Part shown: positions 8,816-18,749 of the stretch, in pieces
Position numbering within the stretch: position 1 is the first letter of the stretch
Layout: each line of letters begins with the position of its first letter
Virus record (IMG/VR): IMGVR_UViG_3300037010_003311
Coordinates: 62,001-126,000 of that record
DNA: 64,000 nt
Reading direction: 5' to 3' (one strand)
Made by a program: the position numbers and the translations under genes
The notes under the pieces: model-generated
The model's database searches: none
The model's input: the letters and a program-made list of their open reading frames with translations, nothing else
Told to the model about the DNA's origin: nothing

Positions 8816-9428
8816 TCAAATTGAAAGAGTTGAGTTAGAGTATTCTAATTTTGATAAAGTTGAACCAGTAGTTCAAGATTTCTTACCTCATATAGCAGGC
8901 GAACATATTTTTTATACATTTCGTATATTTAATATAAGTAGAGCGCTATTGCAGGAAGTGGTAAGGCACCAACATCTTATTTCATACTCAGTTAAAAGTT
9001 CTAGATATACACTTAAAGAAGTAAAAGCCCATCCCGGGTTCGAGAAACTGTTTACTACTTATCTAGAAGATGGTAAAAAAGAATTTGATATAGATTCTGC
9101 TAGAGAAGCAGCCAAAGAGTTCCTGTTATTTGATGGGGATGATTTAGTTGATAAGTACAGCATTTATGCTTTAGAGAATCTACGAAAAGCACTTGTAGCT
9201 GGTATTTCAAATGATCATGCTAAATATTGTTTACCAGAAAACTATAAAACTGAAGTTCGTATGACAATTAATGTTAATGCTTTAAATAATTTTATCACTC
9301 TTCGTAGTAATACCGCAGCATTATGGGAAGCACAATTACTAGCAAAAGATCTTTTGGCAGCAATACCAGAACACCATTTGCATCGGTTTACGGCTTGTCA
9401 CTCAAATCCAGAAATGTCTAAAAAATAA
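8808..9428 (+). CDS. thyX: Flavin-dependent thymidylate synthase, part B (catalytic motifs)
   Basis: ISRALLQEVVRHQHLISYSVKSSRYT, AKYCLPENYKTE, TINVNALNNFITLRS, ALWEAQ. Confidence 0.85.
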   Translation: MPNQIERVELEYSNFDKVEPVVQDFLPHIAGEHIFYTFRIFNISRALLQEVVRHQHLISYSVKSSRYTLKEVKAHPGFEKLFTTYLEDGKKEFDIDSAREAAKEFLLFDGDDLVDKYSIYALENLRKALVAGISNDHAKYCLPENYKTEVRMTINVNALNNFITLRSNTAALWEAQLLAKDLLAAIPEHHLHRFTACHSNPEMSKK

Positions 9429-9443
9429 ATCAAAAGGAAAAGA

Positions 9444-10064
9444 ATGAAATGGATAATTGATAAAAGTTTTAGTTTTTGTTACGGTCATCGGGTTCATAAC
9501 CAAAGACTGGATACTAAGTTTACTGAGTCAGGAGATGCGTGTTTAGCATGTAGACACCTGCATGGCCATGAGGGTCTAGTAAAAGTATTTTTAACTGGAC
9601 CATCGAGTAATGTTAAAACTACAGGAATGGTTACAGATTTTAAACATCTAGGCTGGTTTAAAAATTTTATTGATGATACGCTTGATCATAAATTCATTAT
9701 GGATTTACGAGATCCATTATTCCCATCAGAATTTCCGCTAGTTTGTACACCAACTGGCAAATTAGTACTTGACCGGGTGCATATAATGGACCAAGGGTTT
9801 ATGATTCCAGATCTAACATATATTAAAAATATTATTAATAATGATGAAGTTCTAAAATCGCAAGCGGAAATTGATGCTATTTTTGAAAAATATGAGGGTG
9901 CAGTATTTGTCGATTTCGTACCAACTTCCGAAAATCTTGCAGCCTGGTTATTAAAAGTATGTCAGGAAAAAATGAAAGGTTTAACCGATGTTCAAGTAGT
10001 AGCGGTTGAGTATTGGGAAACTCCAAAATCACATTGTCGGGTACAAGCCACGGACTTAATCTAA
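9444..10064 (+). CDS. queD: 6-carboxy-tetrahydropterin synthase (QueD/PTPS family)
   Basis: FCYGHRV, CRHLHGHEG, MVTDF, LDHKF, PTSENLA, YWETPKSHC. Confidence 0.92.
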   Translation: MKWIIDKSFSFCYGHRVHNQRLDTKFTESGDACLACRHLHGHEGLVKVFLTGPSSNVKTTGMVTDFKHLGWFKNFIDDTLDHKFIMDLRDPLFPSEFPLVCTPTGKLVLDRVHIMDQGFMIPDLTYIKNIINNDEVLKSQAEIDAIFEKYEGAVFVDFVPTSENLAAWLLKVCQEKMKGLTDVQVVAVEYWETPKSHCRVQATDLI

Positions 10065-10082
10065 TAAATCAAAGGAATAACA

Positions 10083-10331
10083 ATGTCACAAATTACAGAA
10101 ACTCAGATCAAAGAGTATGAAGCAAAGAAAGCAAATATCGAAGCACAAATTCAGGCACAGACTAGAGATAAAATTATCTACGAAGAGCAACTTAATCAGT
10201 TAAATGCCCAGTTACTCCAAAACTTTAATACTACTGATCCAGACGAGTTAGATAAAATTGCAGATAGTTACCAACTAGAAATTACTAAACTTGAAACCGA
10301 GTTACAGCAATTAGAATTAGCTAGTGAATAA
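10083..10331 (+). CDS. Small coiled-coil protein
   Basis: 82 aa, heptad-rich Q/E/L sequence, RBS AAGGA, immediately upstream of sbcD. Confidence 0.8.
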   Translation: MSQITETQIKEYEAKKANIEAQIQAQTRDKIIYEEQLNQLNAQLLQNFNTTDPDELDKIADSYQLEITKLETELQQLELASE

Positions 10332-10339
10332 GGATTATT

Positions 10340-11332
10340 ATGCTAAAGTTTATTAGTATAAAAGATCCCCATTTAAGTTTAGGTTTTCAGAATCGGCTTC
10401 GATACGATTACCAAAGTGATATTATGAATAAATTAAATTTTATTCGTAATTATGTAGCAGAGAATCAGGTTGACGCCATTTTATTAACTGGTGATATAAC
10501 TGATTCCAATTATGAACGAAAATGGTCATTTAAACAGTATGTAAAAAATAAGAGAGCATTCCAAGCTTTAAAAGGTAATGGATCTGATGATCATGTACAG
10601 CTATTAAGCTGTATTGGGAACCACGATATGTTTTTTGGTCTCGAAGATGGAAATGATACAGTGTTTGATGAACTGGTACGGGAAAATGTAATTCATAACA
10701 TTACTAATTACCCGAAAGGGTTTACGACACCAAATTCTAATAAAGTGGTAAAAGTATATGGTGTAGATTATTCAAGTAATAAAGAAACTATATTTGAAAA
10801 ACTAAATGTTATAAATAATGATAGTTTTATTAATACTCAATATTTTAAAATTGTAGTTATGCATAACAACCTTACACCGTTACCGGAAAGATTAACTGAA
10901 TTCACTTATGATGAGTTACAGGCTAAGTTTCCAAATATCAATATTTTTATTGGTGGTCACTATCATATAGGTTTTCCCTCGGTTCAAGTAAAAGGTACCT
11001 GGTTTATAAACAATTGGAACCTCACCAGAGTAGTTCGAGATTATGACGTCACTTTAGATCAGCATACGCCAGAGTTTGAAGAAATCACATTCGATGATAA
11101 TTTAAACTTGGTATCAGTAAAGACCATAAAATTGCCGTTTAAGACGTTTGAAGAAACTTTCGTCCCAAACGCAATTAACATTATCAAAAAATCTAAACAG
11201 GAAATTTTTGAATTTTTCCAAATAGATTTTGAAGAGATTGTTACAAAACAAACTGACTTAGAAATTCTAGAGCAGTTTGATTACGAACCAGAAATTATAC
11301 AACTAGCCTTACAATATCTAAATGGTGATTAA
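10340..11332 (+). CDS. sbcD: Mre11/SbcD-like metallophosphoesterase nuclease
   Basis: DPH, LTGDITD, GNHD, VMHN, GHYH motifs. Confidence 0.85.
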   Translation: MLKFISIKDPHLSLGFQNRLRYDYQSDIMNKLNFIRNYVAENQVDAILLTGDITDSNYERKWSFKQYVKNKRAFQALKGNGSDDHVQLLSCIGNHDMFFGLEDGNDTVFDELVRENVIHNITNYPKGFTTPNSNKVVKVYGVDYSSNKETIFEKLNVINNDSFINTQYFKIVVMHNNLTPLPERLTEFTYDELQAKFPNINIFIGGHYHIGFPSVQVKGTWFINNWNLTRVVRDYDVTLDQHTPEFEEITFDDNLNLVSVKTIKLPFKTFEETFVPNAINIIKKSKQEIFEFFQIDFEEIVTKQTDLEILEQFDYEPEIIQLALQYLNGD

Positions 11333-11388
11333 GTTGATAACAAAAAGGGCCATCACTGGTACAAAAGAATATATGGAACGAGGTAAAC

Positions 11389-13017
11389 ATGAAACTTATT
11401 AAAAGCTTCGATGAGGTGCTTTCTAAGGATGATATAATTAAATACCTTAGTGAGCGGGAAGACAATAGCATAACTAGCTGGGATCAAATACCTAGCCCAT
11501 TTATGTTTAAAGACATGCCTAAAGCGATTGCACTTTTTCAAAATGCTTTAGCAACTAACCAAAAAATTAAAATAGTTCACGATAGTGACGCTGATGGTTT
11601 AGGGACCTACCTTGAAAGTTGGCATTTCTTTTCCGCTTTCTATTATCGAAATTTTGAATTTGTAATAGTTGATCGGTCAGAGGGATACGGCCTATTACCT
11701 AAACATATAGAAGAGAATTGTTTGATTATAACTTCTGATAATGGAATAACTGCAAATCCTGCTTGCCAGCATGCAAAAACTGTAACTAACTGTCAGGTAA
11801 TTATAACTGACCATCACCAGGTGGATATGTTTTATGGTGTACCAGAAGCTGACGCTATAATTAACCCATGGGTACCAGGCGAAACATTTCCATTTAAAGA
11901 AATTAATGGGGCGTTTGTTTACTGGTTCTTTTTAAAAGCTATTCAAGAAACCTTCAATTCACAATTTGATATGAAGTCTTTTCTACCGGAATTGACACTT
12001 ACTACTATTTCCGACGTTATGCCACTTATACATATTAATCGATTTATAGTTAAGCAGGGGTTAAAGTATATGCTTACGTCTAACCGACGATGGGTACAAA
12101 CATTTATTAATACTCATAAGCTAACAGAAGTCCTAGCCGATGATCTAGCATTTAAAATAATCCCGAGTATTAACGTAACTAACCGATTAACGAAAGCTGA
12201 TGAATCGGCCCTCTTCTTAATACAGGAAGAATACATAGCTTCTAATCAATGGTTCGGGTATCTAAATAACTTAAATACCCAACGTAAAAAGATGCAGGAA
12301 TCATTACTTAAAACTATTGAAACTAAATATGCTAAATGGTTAGAGTTTGGTTTTATTATCATACCAGGAACTAAGGAAGATGGCTTTCATAAAGGTATAC
12401 TTGGTCCAACTGCTGGTAGATTAGCAGAACGTTATAATAAACCGGCATTGGTATTGATTAATAATGGTGACTATTATAGTGGCTCTGGTCGATCAGTAGG
12501 TGACGTTGATATATTATCTATAGTCAAGTCCAGTCCAAGTGTAGTACAGAATAAAACTGGTGGCCATAAAGTGGCATGTGGTGTAGCAGTAAATACCCAT
12601 GAACTTGGAAACTTTTGGAATCATTGCCAAATGGAAATTGCTAAAATTCCAGCCGAACAATTCGAAGAAACCGAAGCAGTTCTTGGTAAAATAAATATTC
12701 GAGATATTGATTTAGATCTTTATCACAAAATGAAAGAGTTTGAACCATTTGGTCAAAAATATGAAAGGCCGGAATTCTTAGTTCGGGGTAAAGTGAAAAA
12801 TGTGAAGAAGCTTGGTAAAGATGGAACTCATATGCGTTTCATTTTAGAAGATGGTTTGGGAGCTCAAATAAACTGCCTATTCTTTTTCGCTACCGAACCT
12901 ATTAAAGCCAATACAAACTATAGTTTAGTATGTACAATACAACATGATCTATTTAATGGAGCCGATGATGTATGTCTCTATGTTTCTTCAGTTGCTAAAT
13001 TTGAGGATGCCCTTTAG
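11389..13017 (+). CDS. recJ: RecJ-like ssDNA exonuclease (DHH/DHHA1)
   Basis: HDSDADG, TSDNG, TDHH, TISDVMPL, GSGRS, GGHKVACG, EPFGQ. Confidence 0.92.
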   Translation: MKLIKSFDEVLSKDDIIKYLSEREDNSITSWDQIPSPFMFKDMPKAIALFQNALATNQKIKIVHDSDADGLGTYLESWHFFSAFYYRNFEFVIVDRSEGYGLLPKHIEENCLIITSDNGITANPACQHAKTVTNCQVIITDHHQVDMFYGVPEADAIINPWVPGETFPFKEINGAFVYWFFLKAIQETFNSQFDMKSFLPELTLTTISDVMPLIHINRFIVKQGLKYMLTSNRRWVQTFINTHKLTEVLADDLAFKIIPSINVTNRLTKADESALFLIQEEYIASNQWFGYLNNLNTQRKKMQESLLKTIETKYAKWLEFGFIIIPGTKEDGFHKGILGPTAGRLAERYNKPALVLINNGDYYSGSGRSVGDVDILSIVKSSPSVVQNKTGGHKVACGVAVNTHELGNFWNHCQMEIAKIPAEQFEETEAVLGKINIRDIDLDLYHKMKEFEPFGQKYERPEFLVRGKVKNVKKLGKDGTHMRFILEDGLGAQINCLFFFATEPIKANTNYSLVCTIQHDLFNGADDVCLYVSSVAKFEDAL

Positions 13018-13060
13018 ATATTACTAAAATACCGATTTTAGTAATATAGCGATAACTAGT

Positions 13061-13071
13061 AATATAGAAAT
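13061..13071 (+). promoter_or_regulatory. AATATAGAAAT motif
   Basis: Exact 11-mer 44 nt upstream of the RNase H start. Confidence 0.6.
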
Positions 13072-13114
13072 ACTAATTAGAAGCACGCAGTAATTTTAAT
13101 ACAAGTGAGGATAA

Positions 13115-13606
13115 ATGTTTAAAATTTATACGGATGGTAGTTGTATTCATAATGCTAATATTACAAAGATAGCTATTGGGCCAGGTGGTTGGGCATATGC
13201 CCTATATAATAATGATACCTTAGTATTTAAGCATTCTGGTTCAGTCAGGAATACTACTAATGGTAGAATGGAGGTTATGGCAGTACATGAGGCTATTAGA
13301 TTTATCGCTAGTAACCAACAATTGGCTAACCCAAATAGTATTGGTCATCCCGGAGGCTTTGAAATCCTAAGTGATAGTAAATATGCTATTGATGGATTAA
13401 ATATCTGGTTAGATGGTTGGGCAAAGAAAAATTTTTCTGGAATTAAACATCCGGATTTATGGAAAAATATATACCATCTTATTCATAACGATCTAAAATC
13501 GTTGAAAATTACTGGGGTCTGGGTAAAAGGCCATAATGGTGACGAAGGGAACGAAGTTGTAAATGCTTTGGCCCAAGAAGCAGCTTACTCAATTAAAGGA
13601 TTATAA
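13115..13606 (+). CDS. rnhA: Ribonuclease HI
   Basis: YTDGSC, TTNGRMEVMAV, SDSKY, WVKGHNGDEGNEVVNALA (last catalytic Asp appears as Asn). Confidence 0.92.
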   Translation: MFKIYTDGSCIHNANITKIAIGPGGWAYALYNNDTLVFKHSGSVRNTTNGRMEVMAVHEAIRFIASNQQLANPNSIGHPGGFEILSDSKYAIDGLNIWLDGWAKKNFSGIKHPDLWKNIYHLIHNDLKSLKITGVWVKGHNGDEGNEVVNALAQEAAYSIKGL

Positions 13607-14005
13607 ATGGAAATAATAGATGATGATTTAATTAATCAGTTTGATATAAAACAAGAGACTAAACCAAGCAGTTTAGAGAATAAAATTATAACTCGGGAGG
13701 AAATGCCTCAAGTTATAAATAGTTGGTTCAAAATGCTTGAAAATATAATGGTTAATGATATACCATTGATACAAGACGCAAATATCCGGGATTATTCTTT
13801 TACAATAGATCCATCATTAAATATTGAAATATTGCAACGAGTTCTTGGAGTTAAAGAGCAAACGCTTTTTAGTTTCATAAATACACTGTATTTTTATTCA
13901 TTAGATAAAATACTAATTGAACAATTTGGGTCTTATAAATTTATAGGTATTCCAACCGTTATATTTACACCACTGTCCGCTAATAGATTTAGCATTGATT
14001 TTTAA
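13607..14005 (+). CDS. Hypothetical protein
   Basis: 132 aa ORF abutting rnhA. Confidence 0.75.
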   Translation: MEIIDDDLINQFDIKQETKPSSLENKIITREEMPQVINSWFKMLENIMVNDIPLIQDANIRDYSFTIDPSLNIEILQRVLGVKEQTLFSFINTLYFYSLDKILIEQFGSYKFIGIPTVIFTPLSANRFSIDF

Positions 14006-14025
14006 AAATAAAAAAAGGAATTTAA

Positions 14026-14961
14026 ATGGAAATTACAGGAATCGAAATAAACTTAGATAATATACAAGATGTTGAAATGCCAATGGTTGCTCCAGTATTA
14101 GAAATGCCAACTATGCCAATGGTAGCACCAGAGGTAGCAGAAATGCAGATGATTAAACAAGAGATTATCCAAGAAGTTGCTGCACCTACACAAGTAGTAC
14201 CAGTTGCACATAATGATACCAATATCACTATTATTGGTGAGATGAAATCTGCTTACTATGGTGGGTTTGTTAAAATCCTAGAATTCTTAAGTGACAATAT
14301 GGGTTCACAAGATGTTATCTACATTGAAGATGGTAAACTAAGTACTCTAAAAGGTTCTGGTTTTATTTATTGTGATCTAGAATCATTGTTTGGTAAAAAT
14401 AATTTTGAAATTATTGATCCAAAAAATGCAATCAAAAAACTTAAACTCTGCCGAGGTGGAGATTTAGTATCCATTATGGATGTTAAAGATGATAATAAAT
14501 ATCGTGTCGTTAGTTCATTTAAGGGTGAAGCAAACGATATCATTAATATCTTTAAACCACAAACCAAAGATAGTCAATCGGTAAAGGCTCCAACACTAGA
14601 TACTAAAAAATATAGCGTAGAGTTAGAACTTGATATCATTGCCAAATTGATTGAAGCTAAAAAAGCATATGATGCTACATACTATACTTTAGTACTTGAA
14701 AAAGATACATATCGTTTAATCAGTATTGAACTTACTGATAACTATCGCCATAACTTTTCAACTACAACTGCTGAAACAGTAAGTTATAAAGTGTTTGACC
14801 CATTTCCAATTACTAAAGCAGAAGGTATTATTTTTGAGATTTATTCAAATGATGCTGCACAAAAAGTTTATATCCAAACAATTGCTGATGTTAGTATCAC
14901 TAGCATTCGTTATACAGAAATTGCGTCCATTAAAACAGATTTCGATGCTTTCACCATCTAA
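14026..14961 (+). CDS. Probable DNA sliding clamp (T4 gp45/PCNA-like) with acidic, Pro/Met-rich N-terminal extension
   Basis: After about 75 low-complexity aa, a roughly 235-aa region whose pattern (IIDPKNAIKKLKL; KAPT...LELDIIAKLIEA) parallels gp45; clamp loader present at 55477. Confidence 0.5.
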   Translation: MEITGIEINLDNIQDVEMPMVAPVLEMPTMPMVAPEVAEMQMIKQEIIQEVAAPTQVVPVAHNDTNITIIGEMKSAYYGGFVKILEFLSDNMGSQDVIYIEDGKLSTLKGSGFIYCDLESLFGKNNFEIIDPKNAIKKLKLCRGGDLVSIMDVKDDNKYRVVSSFKGEANDIINIFKPQTKDSQSVKAPTLDTKKYSVELELDIIAKLIEAKKAYDATYYTLVLEKDTYRLISIELTDNYRHNFSTTTAETVSYKVFDPFPITKAEGIIFEIYSNDAAQKVYIQTIADVSITSIRYTEIASIKTDFDAFTI

Positions 14962-15006
14962 CTTTTAAATATTAAGATGGGATTAAATCCTAAGAGTGTA
15001 TAATCC

Positions 15007-15036
15007 AGAAGTTTAAGACTACGGTCTTAGCTTCTT
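15007..15036 (+). terminator. Hairpin with cUACGg tetraloop
   Basis: TAAGAC-TACG-GTCTTA plus outer AGAAG/CTTCT, between clamp-like and SWIM genes. Confidence 0.55.
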
Positions 15037-15064
15037 AACCATAAAAAATATTTAAAGGATTAAG

Positions 15065-15460
15065 ATGATACCAGTTTCAAAATTACTTGGCCCTATTAAG
15101 GATGAAAAAACTATGGAAATTAGGGAAACCTATGATCCAGAATGTGCTCACTATATAGTTGTGAATAAAAAATCAAATCATGGTTATAATGTAAAATTTA
15201 TTACCGATAAACCAAACAATAGTATTACCCCAACCTGTAATGTTAAGGTTTCGTGTAATTGTGATAATTTTCAATTTATGTATGCGTATGTATTATATAA
15301 AAATGATGGTTTATATAATCCCCATCGTTTAGTACTGACACCACCAGTTGAGAAAAATCCAAATATGATTATTGGAGCGTGTAAGCATGTAAAATTAGCC
15401 CTCTATAGAAAAATGACTAATAATGTACAAAAACTTGCAACTACGGATGGGGATATCTAA
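15065..15460 (+). CDS. SWIM zinc-finger protein
   Basis: VSCNCDNF...ACKHV (CxC...CxH). Confidence 0.75.
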   Translation: MIPVSKLLGPIKDEKTMEIRETYDPECAHYIVVNKKSNHGYNVKFITDKPNNSITPTCNVKVSCNCDNFQFMYAYVLYKNDGLYNPHRLVLTPPVEKNPNMIIGACKHVKLALYRKMTNNVQKLATTDGDI

Positions 15461-16782
15461 TGGCAATAAAAATAGATTTTACTGAATTTACTTTGGATCT
15501 ACCAGAAGTCAAAGATGCTTCTATTTATAAAACTGGTACTACTAATCACCAGTTTTCGGAAACCGGATTATATTCCGAACAGATTTTTGGTCCATTAAAA
15601 AATTATAAGTGTAGTTGTGGAAACGTAGTATCTAAAATAAATGCTGGTATACGGTGTGAAATATGTAATGTACTTTGTGAATCAGATAAATTACGAAATA
15701 CCCAATTTGCTAGAATAGAATTACCAAAAGGTATTTTTATTATTCTACCTACACTTATAAAAAATTTACATGATATCTTTGGACAGAATCCAATTAAAAG
15801 TATTATGGATAAAGCGCAGTATCAACATAATTGTGACAGACCTTATTATTTTTTAAATAACTTTTCTAAATTAGTAAAGATTCCAGAAAAGGATAAAGAT
15901 AAAGATAACTATCTAAAAGATTATCCAGTTTATGATATATCTTCTTTACATAGATTATTTCAATATCTTAGAGATGAGACTGATGCTTTAGATTCTAGAA
16001 TTTCAAAAAAATATCTAGATTATGTTTTTGTAGATTATGTTTTAGTGCTACCAGTTAATAGTAGACCGATTGTAAAGATTACAAATGAAAAAAGTAATGT
16101 TCATCCAATTACAGAAAAGTATGCGGAAATATTAAAAAATAAGAGCAATAGTCTTGTTGATGACTTTCATGAAATCAATGAAGAGATGTTTGGTGCAACT
16201 GTTTATAAATATCAAAATAGTGTTAATCAGTTATACGATATAATTTTGCAGAAAAACTTTCAGCAGAAAGAAAGCGTGAGTCGTGATTACATGATGGGTA
16301 AAATTATTGAACATTCCGGCCGTTTTGTTATTGTGCCAAATCCAATTCTAAAACCATATCAAATAGGTTTACAATCTCACGCTATCAAAGAGATAAATGT
16401 CCCGGAAATTAAACGATTCATTTATCAAAAATATGCTCAAAACTCAAGTGATGAAAAGATTATGGATTATCTAATAAATATAGATTCTCATAATTCATTT
16501 AGTTCAGTATTTAATATATCTGATGATTTACTAAAAGAATTTTTGGCAGAACAAGCCAAGAATTTAATTTATGTTTGTGAACGCCCACCTGTGTTATGGA
16601 AGTATAACGTTACCGCCTTTTTTCTAGGTTTAGTAAATTGGTCTGAAAAAGATGTTACTAGAGTTATGGTACCATTTACTTCAGTTGTAAAGAAAATAAT
16701 ATCTAAATTCACTAAACCAGACGCGAAGAAAATGAATTATAGAAAATCAATTAAAAGTGTTTCTGTAAATTTTGGTAAGTAG
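15460..16782 (+). CDS. rpoC: Multisubunit RNA polymerase beta' N-terminal piece
   Basis: GLYSEQIFGP, CSCG/CEIC zinc site, VLPVNSRP, MGKIIEHSGRFVI, ERPPVLW. Confidence 0.92.
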   Translation: MAIKIDFTEFTLDLPEVKDASIYKTGTTNHQFSETGLYSEQIFGPLKNYKCSCGNVVSKINAGIRCEICNVLCESDKLRNTQFARIELPKGIFIILPTLIKNLHDIFGQNPIKSIMDKAQYQHNCDRPYYFLNNFSKLVKIPEKDKDKDNYLKDYPVYDISSLHRLFQYLRDETDALDSRISKKYLDYVFVDYVLVLPVNSRPIVKITNEKSNVHPITEKYAEILKNKSNSLVDDFHEINEEMFGATVYKYQNSVNQLYDIILQKNFQQKESVSRDYMMGKIIEHSGRFVIVPNPILKPYQIGLQSHAIKEINVPEIKRFIYQKYAQNSSDEKIMDYLINIDSHNSFSSVFNISDDLLKEFLAEQAKNLIYVCERPPVLWKYNVTAFFLGLVNWSEKDVTRVMVPFTSVVKKIISKFTKPDAKKMNYRKSIKSVSVNFGK

Positions 16783-16863
16783 ATTACAATATTGTATCTA
16801 AGTAGTTAAACGGCTCCAAGAGCTAAACCAAAAACCTATAAAGGCATTAAATGGAAATTTTAA
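16690..16863 (+). pseudogene. Decayed NUMOD1/IENR1-type homing-endonuclease tail at the beta' split
   Basis: The beta'N frame reads KKIISKF...RKSIKSVSVNFGK*ITILYLSS*TAPRAKPKTYKGIKWKF*, resembling NUMOD1 (SI.EA...G....KT.KG..WK) with two internal stops. Confidence 0.5.
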
Positions 16864-18740
16864 ACAATATGGTCATGCATTTAAATAGTTTAAATGCAAA
16901 ACGCTTTAACAGTGACTATGATGGTGATGGTCTTGGGTGTTACTCTTTACATAGTACCCAAGCTAAAAAAGAAGCAAGGCGATATATGACGCCTATATCA
17001 AATATCCAACATGAACACAATCTCGAAATGGTGGATACGCTAGAGCATGAAAGTATTCAAGCGGCATACATGCTTTCGCTTAAGGGATGGAAAAATTTCG
17101 ATTCAAATAAAATCGAATTAACTTTACAAAACATAAGCGAATTCCAAGCAGATATAAATACAGTAATTAAAACTCCAAATATAGCAGTAAGGCTTATAGA
17201 TGAAGATATAGTATTACCATATAATTCTGTTCTAATTAACGCATCATTCGATATAGAAGAGTTAATATATACTGATAGTAGATTATTGTATAAAAAGAAT
17301 TTACTAGAACTGATTAAGCTTTTATACGACTTTGTAGAGAATGCTAAATTTCATGATAAATTACATAACTTCAATAAAGTACTACTTGAATGTAGTACAG
17401 TTGTTAGTTATTGTAATACAAGTTTTGAACTGAATCACTTTGCGGTGAATCATAAAGCAATTGAGGATTTCAAAAAAACACTTATAAATGAACCATTTAC
17501 TGGTTTCCATCAAAACCAAATGCTATTTGATACACATGTTAAAAATCTTATTTGTCATGATGAAGATAATATTCTAACGAATGTATTCAATTCTGGAGCA
17601 AGGATCAAAAATGTACAGTTGTTAAAAGCTGCTAGTAATAATGGTATCCCAACTGATATTAATGGTAGAGCATTTAAGCATAATATTAAAAACTCATTAC
17701 TTGATGGATTAACCGAAGAAGAGTTCTTTATGACTGGGGATAGTGCAAGACTAGCCTTAGCTCAAAGGCAAGATTCTATTCCAAAGGGTGGTGAACTTCA
17801 ACGGAAGATATATTTTACAACTGGATTCTTGCAACTCAATAATATTGCAGATTGTGGATCAGAAAAATATTTTACAATAGTGGTTAGTGATAGACATCAT
17901 TTAGCTTCCTTATATGGAAGATGGTATATTACTGATGATAATCCAAAACTACGTTTCGTTCGTTTAGATGATACTAAATTAATTGGTACGGAAATTAAAG
18001 TTCGTTCCCCAATTTATTGTAAGTCTGGTGATTATGCTATTTGTGATAGATGCTTTGGTTCTAAAAAACCAGATTCAGATAACATTGGTGCAGCTATTGG
18101 ATCATATATTGCGGAAAGTATCATTCAGTCAATTCTTAGAACTCACCACTTTAGTGGAGCTTTCATTACTGAGATTAAAAAAGAATTCAATGAAATTATT
18201 GAATCGTTACAATTCGAATCACCTAACATTATAAAAGGTAGTCCAGAAAATATTGATCGGTATAAACAATATCTTTTAGATAATTACTATAAGGAAGAAG
18301 ATTTTACTATAACCAAAACTAGTAAAAACTGCTACGAAATTGATGTTATTAATTTACCATTAAATGATGACTCTGTTAAAAAACTACAGGTTATTACTTC
18401 ATATATTGATAAGAATCGAGATAGTGATAATTTGATTTCACCAGAAGAGATATATAAATTTCTTAAAAATGAAATCATTATGCCTAATGATATTTTGAGT
18501 ATATATGTTGAATTAATTATTGGTATTCTATTTTACGATGAAGATGGTATTATGATTAGATATTCTGATAAAGAGATTAACTTCCAGTTGGCTTTAAAGA
18601 ATGTTATTTCGCATATTGATCCAAGAATGTCTTTCTTCTATGGATTCAACGATGGTAAGATTAGTGATTGTTATGATGCCGAAACCGAGGGAACGGTCCT
18701 AAAACATATGTATCAGGATTTAACTGATATCTATTATTAA
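16851..18740 (+). CDS. rpoC: Multisubunit RNA polymerase beta' C-terminal piece (catalytic)
   Basis: RFNSDYDGD (NADFDGD equivalent), bridge helix GELQRKI, DCGS, RSPIYC...CDRCFG, trigger loop IAESIIQSILRTHH. Confidence 0.95.
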   Translation: MEILNNMVMHLNSLNAKRFNSDYDGDGLGCYSLHSTQAKKEARRYMTPISNIQHEHNLEMVDTLEHESIQAAYMLSLKGWKNFDSNKIELTLQNISEFQADINTVIKTPNIAVRLIDEDIVLPYNSVLINASFDIEELIYTDSRLLYKKNLLELIKLLYDFVENAKFHDKLHNFNKVLLECSTVVSYCNTSFELNHFAVNHKAIEDFKKTLINEPFTGFHQNQMLFDTHVKNLICHDEDNILTNVFNSGARIKNVQLLKAASNNGIPTDINGRAFKHNIKNSLLDGLTEEEFFMTGDSARLALAQRQDSIPKGGELQRKIYFTTGFLQLNNIADCGSEKYFTIVVSDRHHLASLYGRWYITDDNPKLRFVRLDDTKLIGTEIKVRSPIYCKSGDYAICDRCFGSKKPDSDNIGAAIGSYIAESIIQSILRTHHFSGAFITEIKKEFNEIIESLQFESPNIIKGSPENIDRYKQYLLDNYYKEEDFTITKTSKNCYEIDVINLPLNDDSVKKLQVITSYIDKNRDSDNLISPEEIYKFLKNEIIMPNDILSIYVELIIGILFYDEDGIMIRYSDKEINFQLALKNVISHIDPRMSFFYGFNDGKISDCYDAETEGTVLKHMYQDLTDIYY

Positions 18741-18749
18741 GGGTATCTA

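Noticed and set aside
16620-16870. Group I intron splitting beta'
   Set aside because: No P7/R/S core elements recognisable; the split matches the expected non-virion RNAP boundary and beta'C has its own RBS
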